The notes: generated by a model not told the origin, from the sequence alone. Shown: positions 11,421 through 25,560, numbered from the stretch's first letter. The stretch is 64,000 nucleotides of DNA from Octopus sinensis (GCF_006345805.1 NC_043002.1:1798001-1862000), one strand, 5' to 3'. Made by a program: numbers and translations.

Positions 11421-14109
11421 GAGATGAAAAATACATACAAATCCTCAAATGTTATTCATTACAACACTATTGGTATAATTATGTTAATGTCACGTGTTTC
11501 GCAAATTCTATCAATTGATATTTAGATAATGGTAGAATTTCAACGGAATTACGCAGAATAATTGCAACTGAGAGAATCGAAGGTGTTGATACGACGTTCC
11601 TTTCTATTAACAGCCATGTTTCCATAATACCGTTTCTATACTGGATATCTTTTACCTTAATTGCAAAACAAAGAAATACAAATATGAGACATTGTTCTTC
11701 CTTGTACCGTGTTTCGCTGCCACATTCCTACACTAAACATTTGACCCAAATCTTTAGCTCTATAACTGCCACTACTGAAAACCTGCCATCTTTCCTACTG
11801 ATGTAAACGTCTAGAAAATAATTTAATGTGACAATCACATTTCCCTCTCACTTTTTGATGAACCATAAAGGATTTCAGGCCTAAAAGGTAGAAAAATTAT
11901 TTCCTCGATTTTTGATGATTTATTTGTTTATTTTTATTTATTTTGTTTTTGTGAAAGACTCCTCGATTTTTTGTCTTAATTTACAAAACCTTTAAAAGTA
12001 TCCAAAATTCCAAAGTTGTCTCCAAAACGGTAGCCAACTCAGATTTTGGTTACTTAATATGACTACTTCTTCATGCAGTGGCCTTTGGTCCTGTTTCTGG
12101 TTATTTTTGGTTGAAGGGCCCGCATATAACTGATAGTTTCCATGACTGCCATTTATACACTTTATCTTCTTTGGAACATTTTCACATATACAATACCAAG
12201 GTATTTTGCTTTTCTGCAGTGATAAGGCTTATATTTGTATTTAAGAAATTGTGCATTGAAATGAATCTGTCCTAAGTTACTGTGTGTAAACACAATTGTA
12301 GACAAACCTTTCTCACCATCTTCTCTTCAATTAGTTTGCCTTTTTTGTTTGTCAGGAGTTAATCAAGGTTCACCACTGATTAGTTTTATGGTAATGTATT
12401 CTATATTTCAGTTAGTTGTGTTCGAGAGAACATGTTACAGCTCGCTCTAGCGATCCTCTTTACACGGTCTGAAGTGAATATATTAAAGCATTAGTATTTC
12501 GAGTATGAACACAACTACAAATTATGTTTTTCACGGACAATTTCAACTGTTGTTACGTTTAGCATCCTCTACAGGACAACCTTGATTTTTCACACGAACA
12601 TACAATGTGTGTTCTTTTTTCTTACACAATGATGTCCAGCTTCGTTTTGTTTTTGGTTATTATTGCCTAACAATTTTTTTGTTATTTTTTAGTTTCATCA
12701 AAAAGCTCTGAACCCACCTCTAAACGAGCGGAGTTCAGGTGCATAATTCTTTTTACGAACAATGCCAATAAGCTAGCATTGTTATAATCAATACATATAT
12801 AACGGTACGAGACGGCTGCTATGATTCAATAATTACAGTCGCAATGCAGCCGGTTTACGTAGAAACTTGTATCGCATCGCATATGCTTACTGAGAAGAAC
12901 ATGCATTTAGACTCTCTATGTAAATGGAGAAATGCAAATTGGGGCTAAAGCATAGTCCTTGATATTTCGAGAGGGGGGGACCATCTGATTAGTTTCCTTT
13001 TTCTGAAGATTCCTCTAAATTTTATAGGATTGTTGGCGTATAAACATTCTGTTCATAACCACACTGCTTTGACACGTTTATATATATATGTATATGTGTG
13101 TGTGTGTGTTGTAAATTGGAATTTTATTGAAATTCAAAGGTCTTCATAATATAGAATGATAAACTGTCCACCTGTCCAACTTATGAATTACTATCTCTTC
13201 CCCCCACTATCGGGTACTGTAATAAGATTTATCGCCTAATCCCTAATACGTCTTAACAAATCGATAAGCAAACAATAACCACGTAAGTCAGATCTGCAGT
13301 CTTACAGATTCTTCTAAAAGTAAAACCCAAAACGGAAATCTATTTACTTGAGTCAGTTCTGAGTCAGCAAGTTAGCAGATGTATTTTAACCTATTACACA
13401 TACAGTAATGTTTTGCAGTAATCTAATTGGTAAGGCTGTCAGGTATTTGATAAATATGATTAGCCTTTTCTAAATGTTCTTTATCACAGACAGTCTGTGC
13501 TAAAGCAGTATCTCTTTCCAGCATCAGTCTAGAAAAGTAGAAGCTTACCTATAAAAAATAGATCACGTGGTATTTCTGTAATGTCTGAGCTAACATTTAC
13601 ACATGATATTTTATTCCATCAAACCAAGAAAATATACATCCGACTGTTCGTAAATGGCTATAGTTCTCATTCATAATACGTCGGCAGTCTCTTTTATTCA
13701 AGCTTACTTATCGTGTCCGGCAGCTTTCTATAGTTTTTCCATGTAATTCTCTTTTTAAAAAAATCATTATTAAATTCTGTATTGCTTCGTCTAAAAGAAC
13801 GAAATCTAATAAATATAATGTCAGATAGTTGATGAGATGAACAGAATCGAGAAATGGTATTAAAATGAGGAATGTCAAAACCGCTTTGGCTAGGGAATAC
13901 TATCAATGTTGTACGGTGACGATAATTAGTTTTGTAAAGTTATGAGCTTACCGCAAATTAGTTTGTTATTCATCAGTCAATATCTATCATGGTTATCTGT
14001 AGAAAAATAATAGAATCGCCTTTGCCAACAAAGGAAAAACAACTGCTTCGTCTTTTTCCCAAACTGCAGCTATTTAATTGATAATTTCTACGTGTAAATC
14101 ACATCAATA

Positions 14110-14315
14110 TTGGCTTCAAATTTTTGTACAAGGCCAGCAATTTCGGGAGGGAAGATAAGTCGATTACATCGACCCCAGTGCTTAACTGGTACATATTTCA
14201 TCGGAAAGATGAAAGGTAAAGTTGACTTCGGCGTACTATGAACCGAGAACCTGACGACAAACAAACTGCCAAGCATTTTGCACGACACACAACCGATTCT
14301 GGCAGCTCGCTGCCT
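14110..14315 (-). mobile_element. tRNA-derived SINE, family B, near full length
   Basis: Minus strand: head AAGGCAGCGAGCTGCCAGAATCGG...GGTTCATAGTACGCC, then core CCTTTCATC...GTACCAGTTAAGCACTGGGGTCGATGTAATCGACTT shared with 45186 and 53500. Confidence 0.75.
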
Positions 14316-15434
14316 TCAACATAATATCAATATTAATAGCTGGAATGTACACAAATTTATAACTGTTGGAGCACCAACTATATTGCAGAATATGCCATCT
14401 TTCAACACGAAAATAGCGATGATATTCTTCAAATATAACCAACAGAGTATAAGGATAAAAACAAGCGCATGACAGCTTTAAATAGAATATGGATTGCGTT
14501 TAGGTAGTCGAAGGGAATAGATGCATCTTAGCGAAAATAATTTGAAATTGAATCGGAAGATTTATATCTTAAACACACCAATACACACATAAAATAAAGC
14601 ATACCTATATATCACACACGCACATATACATTATACACATGTACCAAGACATACCTCAATACATCTATATTAATTAAGCTTATATATGAATTATAAACGA
14701 TGAAGATATAATAAGATTAGTAAATGTTTGTGAATCCTATAAAGATTTTCATGTAGAAAATATGATCCTAGAATCCCGTTTCATCAAACGATAAACCACT
14801 CAAAACTAAAAATTAAAGGAAAATTCTCGTAGAGAATAATAACAATGGCTATTCAGGTTCTTGCCGAGTACGAATATGTTAAAAAGTATGTCTTTAATAA
14901 AATAATATCAACATTTATAAGTGTTTGACCAAACTTTCTATGCCCCACACCCAAGACACAATGCGACATTGTAAATCTTAGTTTTATCGTTTGGCTTGTA
15001 CTTCATTTTTGTGTGCCACGTGACAAAGAGGTTCTTGGAATTGGATTTAAGAGAAAAACATCGAAACTAAGCTGACATCCACTTGTTATAGACCAGTCAC
15101 TTTCGGACAGCAAGGGAGTTCGAAGATCTGTGTATGATAACTTGTATGTATGAACAGATATCCAGATAGATAATGTTACTGAAATTTGGAGAACTCTTAA
15201 TCAATTTTTAAAGTATAGAATTAGACTCACTAATTTGGTGATCTTTGACTTTTATTTATGTCATCGAGTATTTCCTATCAATTCGGTTTGTTTTCGTTGG
15301 TGATAATTGTCTTCATTGTTTCTGCTAGAATTGTTCCTGGCAGTTCTCTTTTCAACAGTTTTAAAATTCGTAGCTTTATTGTATTGTTATTGTTGCTATG
15401 CACATGTCACTACACACATATATGTATATATGCC

Positions 15435-15522
<88 letters not shown>

Positions 15523-15782
15523 GTGTATGTATGTATGTGTGTATGTGTGTATGTGTGTGTGTATACCAGAGTATGCATACATATGCGAAACAAGATGGAG
15601 AAAAATAGTACTCGAATACCGGAGGTAGAGTAATGTGGTGTATTATAAAGCGGCAAAAACATCACAAGAATAATACAAACTCTGCGACGCAAAGTGTCAC
15701 GTTCTCGTTCGTGTGAGAGTTGTGATGTCTTTGCAGTTTTAATAATAAAGTAAACACACAAACACACACGCACATATATATA

Positions 15783-15871
<89 letters not shown>

Positions 15872-15984
15872 ATATAATATATATATATATAGTTTGAATT
15901 TACAAAAATAAGCAAAACAAAAGACGAAGACGGGTGTGTAAACAACAAACAGATTTATTAGTTTAACGCTCGTGAAGTGAGAAA

Positions 15985-16024
15985 CCCTTTTGCGTTTCGA
16001 GCCTATGCTCTCCAACAGAAAGGA
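15985..16024 (-). ncRNA. Degenerate minimal type I hammerhead-like motif
   Basis: Minus strand UCCUUU-CUGUUGGA-GAGC(AUAG)GCUC-GAAA-CGCA-AAAGGG: stems I and II pair, but the core and U16.1 deviate. Confidence 0.4.
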
Positions 16025-16109
16025 ACACGGAAATAAGCAGAGAGAGAAAATAAAAAAAGGTTTAGTGGCTAATAATTATTCATCGCCATATACATATATA
16101 TATATATAT

Positions 16110-16178
<69 letters not shown>

Positions 16179-16200
16179 ATGTTACATTACTCGGTAGTCA

Positions 16201-16263
16201 AGATAAAACTCTGAGTTTCAGATGCCGAAGTGGAAATCCACAACACCATCTCATCGGTTATCT
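16201..16263 (-). ncRNA. Type I hammerhead-ribozyme-like motif (left arm)
   Basis: Exact mirror of 16716-16778. Confidence 0.6.
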
Positions 16264-16715
16264 GGCTATTTGAAAACGTTATGAAAAAATACCGTTAAAA
16301 ATGAAGGGAAATTACTCTGTTATAACTCTGCTTTGCCTGCGTACTTATACATCGCTCGCATTTTTCGTCATAAAAATTATATAAAAATACATAAAAATAT
16401 ATAAAAATATATAAAAATATATAAAATCTTCTTGGGACATAACACAGAAAGCATATTCTATCCGTTTTCTTTAGGGGACCAAAAACGTAACAAAAATTTA
16501 GTCACATGTGGGCATGATCCGAAAAGCTCTGTCCTTTTATGTCCCAAGAAGATTTTATATATTTTCATATATTTTTATATATTTTTATGTATTTTTATAT
16601 AATTTTTATGACGAAAAATGCGAGCGATGTATAAGTACGCAGGCAAAGCAGAGTTATAACAGAGTAATTTCCCTTCATTTTTAACGGTATTTTTTCATAA
16701 CGTTTTCAAATAGCC

Positions 16716-16778
16716 AGATAACCGATGAGATGGTGTTGTGGATTTCCACTTCGGCATCTGAAACTCAGAGTTTTATCT
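16716..16778 (+). ncRNA. Type I hammerhead-ribozyme-like motif (right arm)
   Basis: Stem I AGAUAA/UUAUCU; core CCGAUGA; stem II GAUG/CAUC plus inner GUGG/CCAC hairpin; extra U; GAAA; palindromic stem III ACUC(A)GAGU; predicted GUU cleavage after 16772. Confidence 0.6.
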
Positions 16779-16872
16779 TGACTACCGAGTAATGTAACAT
16801 ATTGTATAGATAAATTTCCTCTATTTACATAATATTGAGGTCTCTTTCTTTCTTTTGTTATCTTACCGTTTT

Positions 16873-16935
<63 letters not shown>

Positions 16936-16940
<5 letters not shown>

Positions 16941-17830
16941 TTAGATAAAACTTAGATATGTTTCGACCAAAGATTTGTCCGGGCCATGTCTAACTTAATA
17001 GCACCACCTGATAGGATTATTTGAATCCTGTTTAAGTCAAGTTTTGTTTATGGTCCATTCAAGTTGTGAGTTTTTGTTGGGTGAGTTGTATCCAATTATG
17101 GATCGCTTTTCTAGTATTCTTTCAAGGAATCTATCCAGACTCCGTTTAAAGTTGATGGGATCCTTTTCCTCTTTGATCTCTTTCGGGACAATGTTAAATA
17201 GGGCAGGGCCTGTTGAGGAAAAGAAATTATGTTGCAGTTTACATGTATGCTGTGATCTTGAATTAGGCAGGGGACGTATGGCCCGTGGTCCCAGTCTTGG
17301 ATGAACCTTGAAGCTAATGTTCAGGTTGTTTGGGAAAAGTTGGCGGTATATTCTCCGCATCGTACAAATGATGTACCGTTCACGGCGACGCTGGAGAGAG
17401 TAGAGTTTCAAGGCTTTAAGGCGATCCCAATAATCGTTTAGTGAGTGCCCTCTGGGGTGATTCAATCCTCGAGATGTTTTGTCTTGTATGGGAAGGCCAC
17501 AGTGGGCAGCAGTATTCGAGGTGTACAAAGGAGGAGAAAAGTGGTATGATAACACCTTGTTCTCTGGACCGGAAAGTTCTTAAGATCCAGGAACTTATCC
17601 TACAAGCTATATCGACATTCTTGCTGATGTGTGCACTCCAACTGAGATCGTTATCAACAATTACACCCAGGTCTCTGATATTGTTAGAGGCTGTGAGCGG
17701 TTCCCCTGAAGGAAGAGAGTATGGCTGTTTTAGTGAGGAATTTCTTCCAAAATGCATCAGCTCAAATTTTCCCTCGTTCTGTTGCATTTTGTTTCTGTCT
17801 GCCCATTGACTCACAGCATATAGATCAGAC
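16936..17830 (-). mobile_element. 5'-truncated CR1-like LINE (RT C-terminal region and 3' UTR)
   Basis: RDLGVIVDNDLSWSAH...WILRTFRSR...HLEYCCPLW, frameshift, then DYWDRLKALKLYSLQRRRERY...GPALFNIVP; tail of two AAAACTTAGAT repeats at 16936-16957. Confidence 0.92.
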
Positions 17831-17887
17831 TGGAGTTACACATTATCACATTATATATACATATATATATGTATGTATGTATGTATG

Positions 17888-17963
<76 letters not shown>

Positions 17964-18142
17964 TATCTATATAGATTACTCAGAATTCACAGCTAGCGCT
18001 GGGAGTTGCGACATTTCATACACACATACATCTAACCCGTCAGCTATCCACGAAAACAGTGCTTAAATGATACCCACTTGTTTAGCAGTGTAACATTGGG
18101 GTTAGGTGTTGATTAAAGAACAAATAAATTTTGAAATATACT

Positions 18143-18145
<3 letters not shown>

Positions 18146-18177
<32 letters not shown>

Positions 18178-19367
18178 TACCTATTTTTTCTATAAATCGT
18201 TGCATTGTTTACACACATGCTTTTGTTTACGAAACGTCGTAACTTGCAGCCCTGAACTCTATAGAAAGTATACAAAGCACGTGAAAAATGAACACAAAGA
18301 GAGACACGATATTGACTTGTGAACTTATGATATTTCTGGAAGCAGGACATTTCTGTTTGCAAAACGAAATACTGTGGACTTGCCAGCGAGATTACATGTT
18401 TTATATATTATTATTATTATTATTGTTGTTGTTGTTGTTCTTTTTCTTCTTCTTCTTCTTCTTCTTTTTCTTCTTCTTCTTCTTTTTCTTCTTCTTCTTC
18501 TTGTAATATAGTCCACAAAAAGCGTGGTGAAACACAGCTATTCAGGTGTTCCTGGCTGCAATATTAATTCATTTGGCCATTTCTCGAGTTATGTGCAGCG
18601 GTGGTGGTTCAGCTACTGGACTCGATGCAATCAATGTTTGAATGAACTCATTTGGAAAAAGACAGAAAGAATGAGAGGGGGAGGTAATTAACGACACTGT
18701 AAATGTAACCGTAGCTTCCGAATATAAATTAACATACATAAACCAACAGCTTAATGTTTATGATCTCACTTAATTTGGAAGCGATGATTTAAATACTGTA
18801 ATCTACGCTAAATCGTCCTGATAAATCATTTCGTGAAGCTGCCGATTATATCGACAGTCGAAATTTATTCGGCAGCCGTGGACAGGACCGTTGAGACAGG
18901 TCGCTTTTGAGCACTTCCTTTTGCTGTGGGAGCGCAAAATATGCTGAAACCAACGCCTTTGCAGCAACACATCCGAGTCAAGTTGGGTGTGCAATTAAGA
19001 TATGTATATGTGTGTGCGCGTGTGCGTGTGTGTGTGTATATATATTTAATAATATTATAGGATAACATTATTAATATATTAATTAATTAATTAATAAGTA
19101 TTAATTTTATCAAGTACGTTAGAAAATCAATTTTTAGGTGAATTATACAAAATTTTCTTTAATTATATACATAATTATGTATATAATTATAGAATATTTT
19201 ATATATAAAATACGAGTGGGTCCTCTCCCGATTTTGGCTTTTCAGTTTCTTGCCGACTACGAATAGGTAAAAATGTATATTTTTAATATAATAATATCAA
19301 CATTTATAAGTGTTGACCAAACTTTCTATGCCCTACACTCAAGACACAATGCTGCATTTTAAATCTT

Positions 19368-19412
<45 letters not shown>

Positions 19413-19923
19413 TATATATATGGTAAATTCCGGTATATTCTTTTTGCAACCCTTAATATGATTACTTGCTATCTACATCTGGTCAGACTGGAATTCAAAT
19501 CTTGTTAGAGGAACTTCAAGTGTTTACCACTGGTATATATGGTCTGTAGCCTATTCATAGAAAAGCATATCAGTCAAAAAAGAAGACGAAGAGTTAGTTG
19601 TTTAGAACAAGTGTAGTAGTATTCGTTACAGCTGTTTCAATATCATTCCCTCGCGAACGCCACCACGTAGAGATACAAATGATTAAAAGCCACAACGTCC
19701 GTACTAAGTTGTCCATCGCTGTATAGCCCGTGTGGCACCACAGATGCGCCTGGTGCTAGCCTGATGAGGTACCACTACGGGTCATTCATCCATGGCTGAA
19801 AGATGTTGTGGATCCTGTTCATTTGATTGTTGACGTGATGTCGTTCGAAACGTTATACTACTGAACTGATTGTGGTTGCATTAAACCTGTACCACTTTAA
19901 CGCTTCGCCTTCTTCCTTGACTT

Positions 19924-19961
<38 letters not shown>

Positions 19962-21155
19962 TACCTATTTTTTCTATAAATCGTTGCATTGTTTACACAC
20001 ATGCTTTTGTTTACGAAACGTCGTAACTTGCAGCCCTGAACTCTATAGAAAGTATACAAAGCACGTGAAAAATGAACACAAAGAGAGACACGATATTGAC
20101 TTGTGAACTTATGATATTTCTGGAAGCAGGACATTTCTGTTTGCAAAACGAAATACTGTGGACTTGCCAGCGAGATTACATGTTTTATATATTATTATTA
20201 TTATTGTTGTTGTTGTTGTTGTTCTTTTTCTTCTTCTTCTTCTTCTTCTTTTTCTTCTTCTTCTTCTTTTTCTTCTTCTTCTTCTTGTAATATAGTCCAC
20301 AAAAAGCGTGGTGAAACACAGCTATTCAGGTGTTCCTGGCTGCAATATTAATTCATTTGGCCATTTCTCGAGTTAAGTGCAGCGGTGGTGGTTCAGCTAC
20401 TGGACTCGATGCAATCAATGTTTGAATGAACTCATTTGGAAAAAGACAGAAAGAATGAGAGGGGGAGGTAATTAACGACACTGTAAATGTAACCGTAGCT
20501 TCCGAATATAAATTAACATTACATAAACCAACAGCTTAATGGTTTATGATCTCACTTAATTTGGAAGCGATGATTTAAATACTGTAATCTACGCTAAATC
20601 GTCCTGATAAATCATTTCGTGAAGCTGCCGATTATATCGACAGTCGAAATTTATTCGGCAGCCGTGGACAGGACCGTTGAGACAGGTCGCTTTTGAGCAC
20701 TTCCTTTTGCTGTGGGAGCGCAAAATATGCTGAAACCAACGCCTTTGCAGCAACACATCCGAGTCAAGTTGGGTGTGCAAATTAAGATATGTATATGTGT
20801 GTGCGCGTGTGCGTGTGTGTGTGTGTATATATATTTAATAATATTATAGGATAACATTATTAATATATTAATTAATTAATTAATAAGTATTAATTTTATC
20901 AAGTACGTTAGAAAATCAATTTTTAGGTGAATTATACAAAATTTTCTTTAATTATATACATAATTATGTATATAATTATAGAATATTTTATATATAAAAT
21001 ACGAGTGGGTCCTCTCCCGATTTTGGCTTTTCAGTTTCTTGCCGACTACGAATAGGTAAAAATGTATATTTTTAATATAATAATATCAACATTTATAAGT
21101 GTTGACCAAACTTTCTATGCCCTACACTCAAGACACAATGCTGCATTTTAAATCT

Positions 21156-21213
<58 letters not shown>

Positions 21214-21713
21214 TAAATTCCGGTATATTCTTTTTGCAACCCTTAATATGATTACTTGCTATCTACATCTGGTCAGACTGGAATTCAAATCTTGTTAGAG
21301 GAACTTCAAGTGTTTACCACTGGTATATATGGTCTGTAGCCTATTCATAGAAAAGCATATCAGTCAAAAAAGAAGACGAAGAGTTAGTTGTTTAGAACAA
21401 GTGTAGTAGTATTCGTTACAGCTGTTTCAATATCATTCCCTCGCGAACGCCACCACGTAGAGATACAAATGATTAAAAGCCACAACGTCCGTACTAAGTT
21501 GTCCATCGCTGTATAGCCCGTGTGGCACCACAGACGCGCCTGGTGCTAGCCTGATGAGGTACCACTACGGGTCATTCATCCATGGCTGAAAGATGTTGTG
21601 GATCCTGTTCATTTGATTGTTGACGTGATGTCGTTCGAAACGTTATACTACTGAACTGATTGTGGTTGCATTAAACCTGTACCACTTTAACGCTTCGCCT
21701 TCTTCCTTGACTT

Positions 21714-21746
<33 letters not shown>
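18146..21746. repeat. Tandem duplication of a ~1.79-kb unit bounded by (CA)n tracts
   Basis: 18177-19926 and 19961-21716 are near-identical; (CA)n at 18146, 19927 and 21717; duplicated ORFs offset by 1784-1786. Confidence 0.97.
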
Positions 21747-21749
<3 letters not shown>

Positions 21750-22089
21750 CCGTACACATAATTGTGTATGTATGTATGTATTGACAGACATTTACCCTGA
21801 AACTAATAAATCTTAATCTATTTATATTAATGTTTATTTACTTTGTCAATCAGGTTCGTAAAAATCATTTCTGAATTTAATTATAAACTTCAACATTGTA
21901 TCATAGCAACTATAATTTTTTAAACATTTCAAATCAGTGAAATAGTGTTGTTATATTAACATATATTTCAGAAAATTTATAATTACATAGTAATTAAATT
22001 ATTAATCTTACCACACACACACACACACACGCGCGCGCACATGTGTGTTTGTGTGTGTGTGTATGTATGTGTGTGTGTATGTGTGTGTG

Positions 22090-22127
<38 letters not shown>

Positions 22128-22846
22128 CACAATTTAATATAACGTTAGTATTAGATCACATAGAATGAAGTTATTAAATATCCAGTTAGATATATACTTA
22201 TGTATGGATGGTTGGATCTCGGCGTTTATAAGTTTGTGAATGGCAGCATAGAAACAGACTTGAGTGCGTTCCTGTACTCTAGTGTACAATTCTAAAACCG
22301 AATTCCTTTTTTTTTGTACTCTTTTCATCCAATTCTATCCTCAATTTTCTGTCAGATGGTTAATAAGCAAATATGTTCTATATATCACTCAGCACCACAC
22401 TAAAACACTCGCAGAGATCCTCATCTATGTTAATGAAAGTTGATTTAATTATTTTATGTCATGTATTGTTAAATTCTATCGTTAGCTTGATAATAGAAAA
22501 TGAAAACACTTTCAATGCGCAACGTATTGAGTCATTGATTTGATATTAAATAAAGTTTATTGCGAAACGATTTGTGACCGTTAAGTACTGATGCGGTATT
22601 TGTCTCCCATGGCATTTAATTAGTCCAAGAGGTCGTTTGTGGGTTTCGCTGAGAGTGATTTTTGTATCTAAAATAAATTCATCTTTTCTATTTTCATTTA
22701 TGTGAGGGAGGAATTTATCTACTATTTACAGACACACACACACGTACACATACACACACACACACAAACACACATGTGCATATATATATATGTGTGTATG
22801 AACGTATATATATATATATATACATATGTATATAGGTATATGTATG

Positions 22847-22896
<50 letters not shown>

Positions 22897-23099
22897 TATA
22901 CACATGTGAGTATGTAGGTGTTTGTGTACGTGTGCATGTGTGTCTGTGCGTAGTTTCCTGTTAGTGTATAATACCCGAAAAAAGTACTACACCCCAGCGA
23001 GAGATAAATATCATTCTATGAATACAGCCATTAAACATGAGATAAATCACTTCCAGTTCATCAGTTTGGTGTTCATTTCCTTTTAGATTTCACCCATTC

Positions 23100-24090
23100 G
23101 AACTAATAACGGGAACGAGACTAAGATTTGAACAAAGAAAATTTATCCTAAAATGCTACTTGAAGTTTGAAAAGACAAAGTGCAAAGAGGAAGTTTTAAA
23201 CAGCTCCATCTTGGCATTACTCGGATTAACGACAAATCTAAGTTAGATGGAATTCTACAGAATGTCCGCAAGAAGGGTTTTAGAAGACTGCGGACATCTA
23301 CAAACCCCACAAAAGAAGAAACGTATTGCCAGAGTTGAAGTACATCTCTTTGGCAAGCGAATCGTCGGATAGGAATTTCAAACTCGAGCGACTCTCGTCT
23401 ATTGAAACTCTGTCGCTGGAGAAGACACATTCCAAGAGTTGTCCATGCTCTGAATGCAGACCGTCTGGAACGAAGAGTTATGTGAGTGATACTTAGTAAG
23501 ATGTGGAGATGTTCATCACTCAAATACAAAAAGGTTGCTTGGAATGATGAAGCTATATTTAAATTAAATGGCTCAATTAACCGCCATATTGGCACTTACT
23601 CGGGATCTGAGAATCTGCATGTTACAGAAGACCATTATGTTAATTTACCAGGTGCTACACTACGATACGGCTTATCAAAAGGATTCTGTTTTTACGGTAT
23701 TTGACTGGTCTTATTTACTTCAACTTACTGCGACAATCTGTCAAGCAATGAAAGGGAATTTGGGGATGTAAGGTTTTATTTCCAGCAAGATGGGGGCATT
23801 ACCACTCTACCAAAGCAATGTAAAGATCTACTTGGATGAGATTTTGCCAAACAGGTGGATTAGACAAAGAGGTTTAGTAGAATACTCTCCGTGATGACCG
23901 GAGATCACATCACAAGATATTTTAGAAACAGCATCCTGAGAAAATCGCAACAGTTGATGAATTGAGAGCAGAATTTGAACAAGAATCCTTAGAAATACCG
24001 AGCGAAATGAATTTGTGTGTGCGTGCGTGTGTGTGTGTGTGTGTTTGCGATTCTCTTCATTCACGTTATCAGGAGTGTCTGGATCAGAAT
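23100..24090 (+). mobile_element. Decayed Tc1/mariner-superfamily transposase (rosa/DD41D-like, tentative)
   Basis: Plus-strand pieces [72 protein letters not shown]; many lesions; TIRs not identified. Confidence 0.72.
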
Positions 24091-24098
24091 ATATATAC

Positions 24099-24198
<100 letters not shown>

Positions 24199-25424
24199 GT
24201 ATATATAGTGAGAAAGCATCGGAAATGGCTTCTACGTTGCCGTTGTTCAATTTTGTGGTTGGTAATGGAGAGTGGAAACAGACGAGCTTTCAATATTCAA
24301 AGCAATGAAGTCAGCTTTTAATTCTCTGATTGCTGTTGTTCACGAATAAATACCTAGCAACTGGTTTTGGCAGGGACTTCCTTCATTAGTATCAAGTAGA
24401 TTTCGTCTTCGATATGCCTTGTTATGAAGATAAGCAAGAGGCAAGGTATTTTGAGGAGTTGATATCTTGATCAAACGTAAAAGTAGGAGGCACGTTTTAA
24501 GTGGCAGACAACTGGAAATGGCAGACGACAACTTCTACTGAACGTAAGAGCAACGTTATGCATCGTGTGATTTCTTTCCGACTAAATATTTATATAAAAT
24601 ACCAATACATAAAAAAATATTTCTAAGTAAACTTCTAACCTCATTAAGCTATTAATTAAATATTCGATCTTAATGATAATATGAATTATTCAAAATTCTA
24701 TGTTTGATTCGAAAGCTTATCTATGAAGTAAACTATATTAAGAAAACTGTATCGAAATTCCTTGCTACTAATTCTGTCAGATTGCAAATTATATTAGACT
24801 TTTACGAGATATTTCTTTTAATGCTTATAATTACGACACACATTTAGTGTTATCAAGTTATATTAATAGTTTAAGCTATATATTATACACTTTCATTTGA
24901 TGTAGATATATTTATTTGTACTTCATATATATTTAAACATTCAATCAATCACAACCAGGCAAACTTTAAAGACAATATTAAAGAATAAATTACAAGATTG
25001 AGAAACCACTCTTAAGATCGTCACTTGACAACAGTTCCCAGACATACAGCCATGTCGTCAAATATATAACAGCCGTTCACTTAACTCTGAAAATATAATA
25101 TATACACACTTTCACACCGCATCCATATAGAAACATGCACACAAAAACATTGACACACAAAAGCACTCATACACACTCGCGTTTATTCTTTCACTACAAA
25201 GACTTTGCATTATAACTCGAACGAATTCATAGTTTATATAAACATTTACTGTCCACTTATGGTGGAAACACCCCACAAAAAATAATGACGAAGAATCCTA
25301 ATTAGTACGTATGAGTTTGCTTATTAAACTTGTATGGCGTTTGAAATAATTTCCATATCCACCGTTTAATGATAATTTTTCATTACTCTGATTCAGTTGC
25401 TTATAGGTTAATTAATATAACCAA

Positions 25425-25560
25425 TTGCCAGAGTCGTTAGAGCGTCCGAGCGCTTGATTTACATTATTCTTTACAGCTCCCTGGGTTGTGAGTTCAAATA
25501 CTGCCGCGGTTAGCTTCTGCCATCTATCCATTCAGGGACAAACAAGAAAGTACCGACCCT
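25425..25560 (+). mobile_element. Degenerate SINE, family B
   Basis: GCCAGAGTCGTTAG head, GAGTTCAAATACTGCC B-box region, degraded core. Confidence 0.5.

Larger units (their letters stand above)
16171..16808. mobile_element. Palindromic (foldback) element with 272-bp inverted arms and 94-bp spacer
   Basis: 16171-16442 is the reverse complement of 16537-16808 with one mismatch by my reading; TA at both ends; abuts a (TA)n tract on the left; (ATAAAAATAT)-type subrepeat in the arms. Confidence 0.97.

Noticed and set aside
11249-11518. Asp/Gly-rich ORF containing DDDDK
   Set aside because: Explained by the trinucleotide low-complexity tract.
24300-24560. Further transposase relic
   Set aside because: Only vague resemblance; no motif I can defend.
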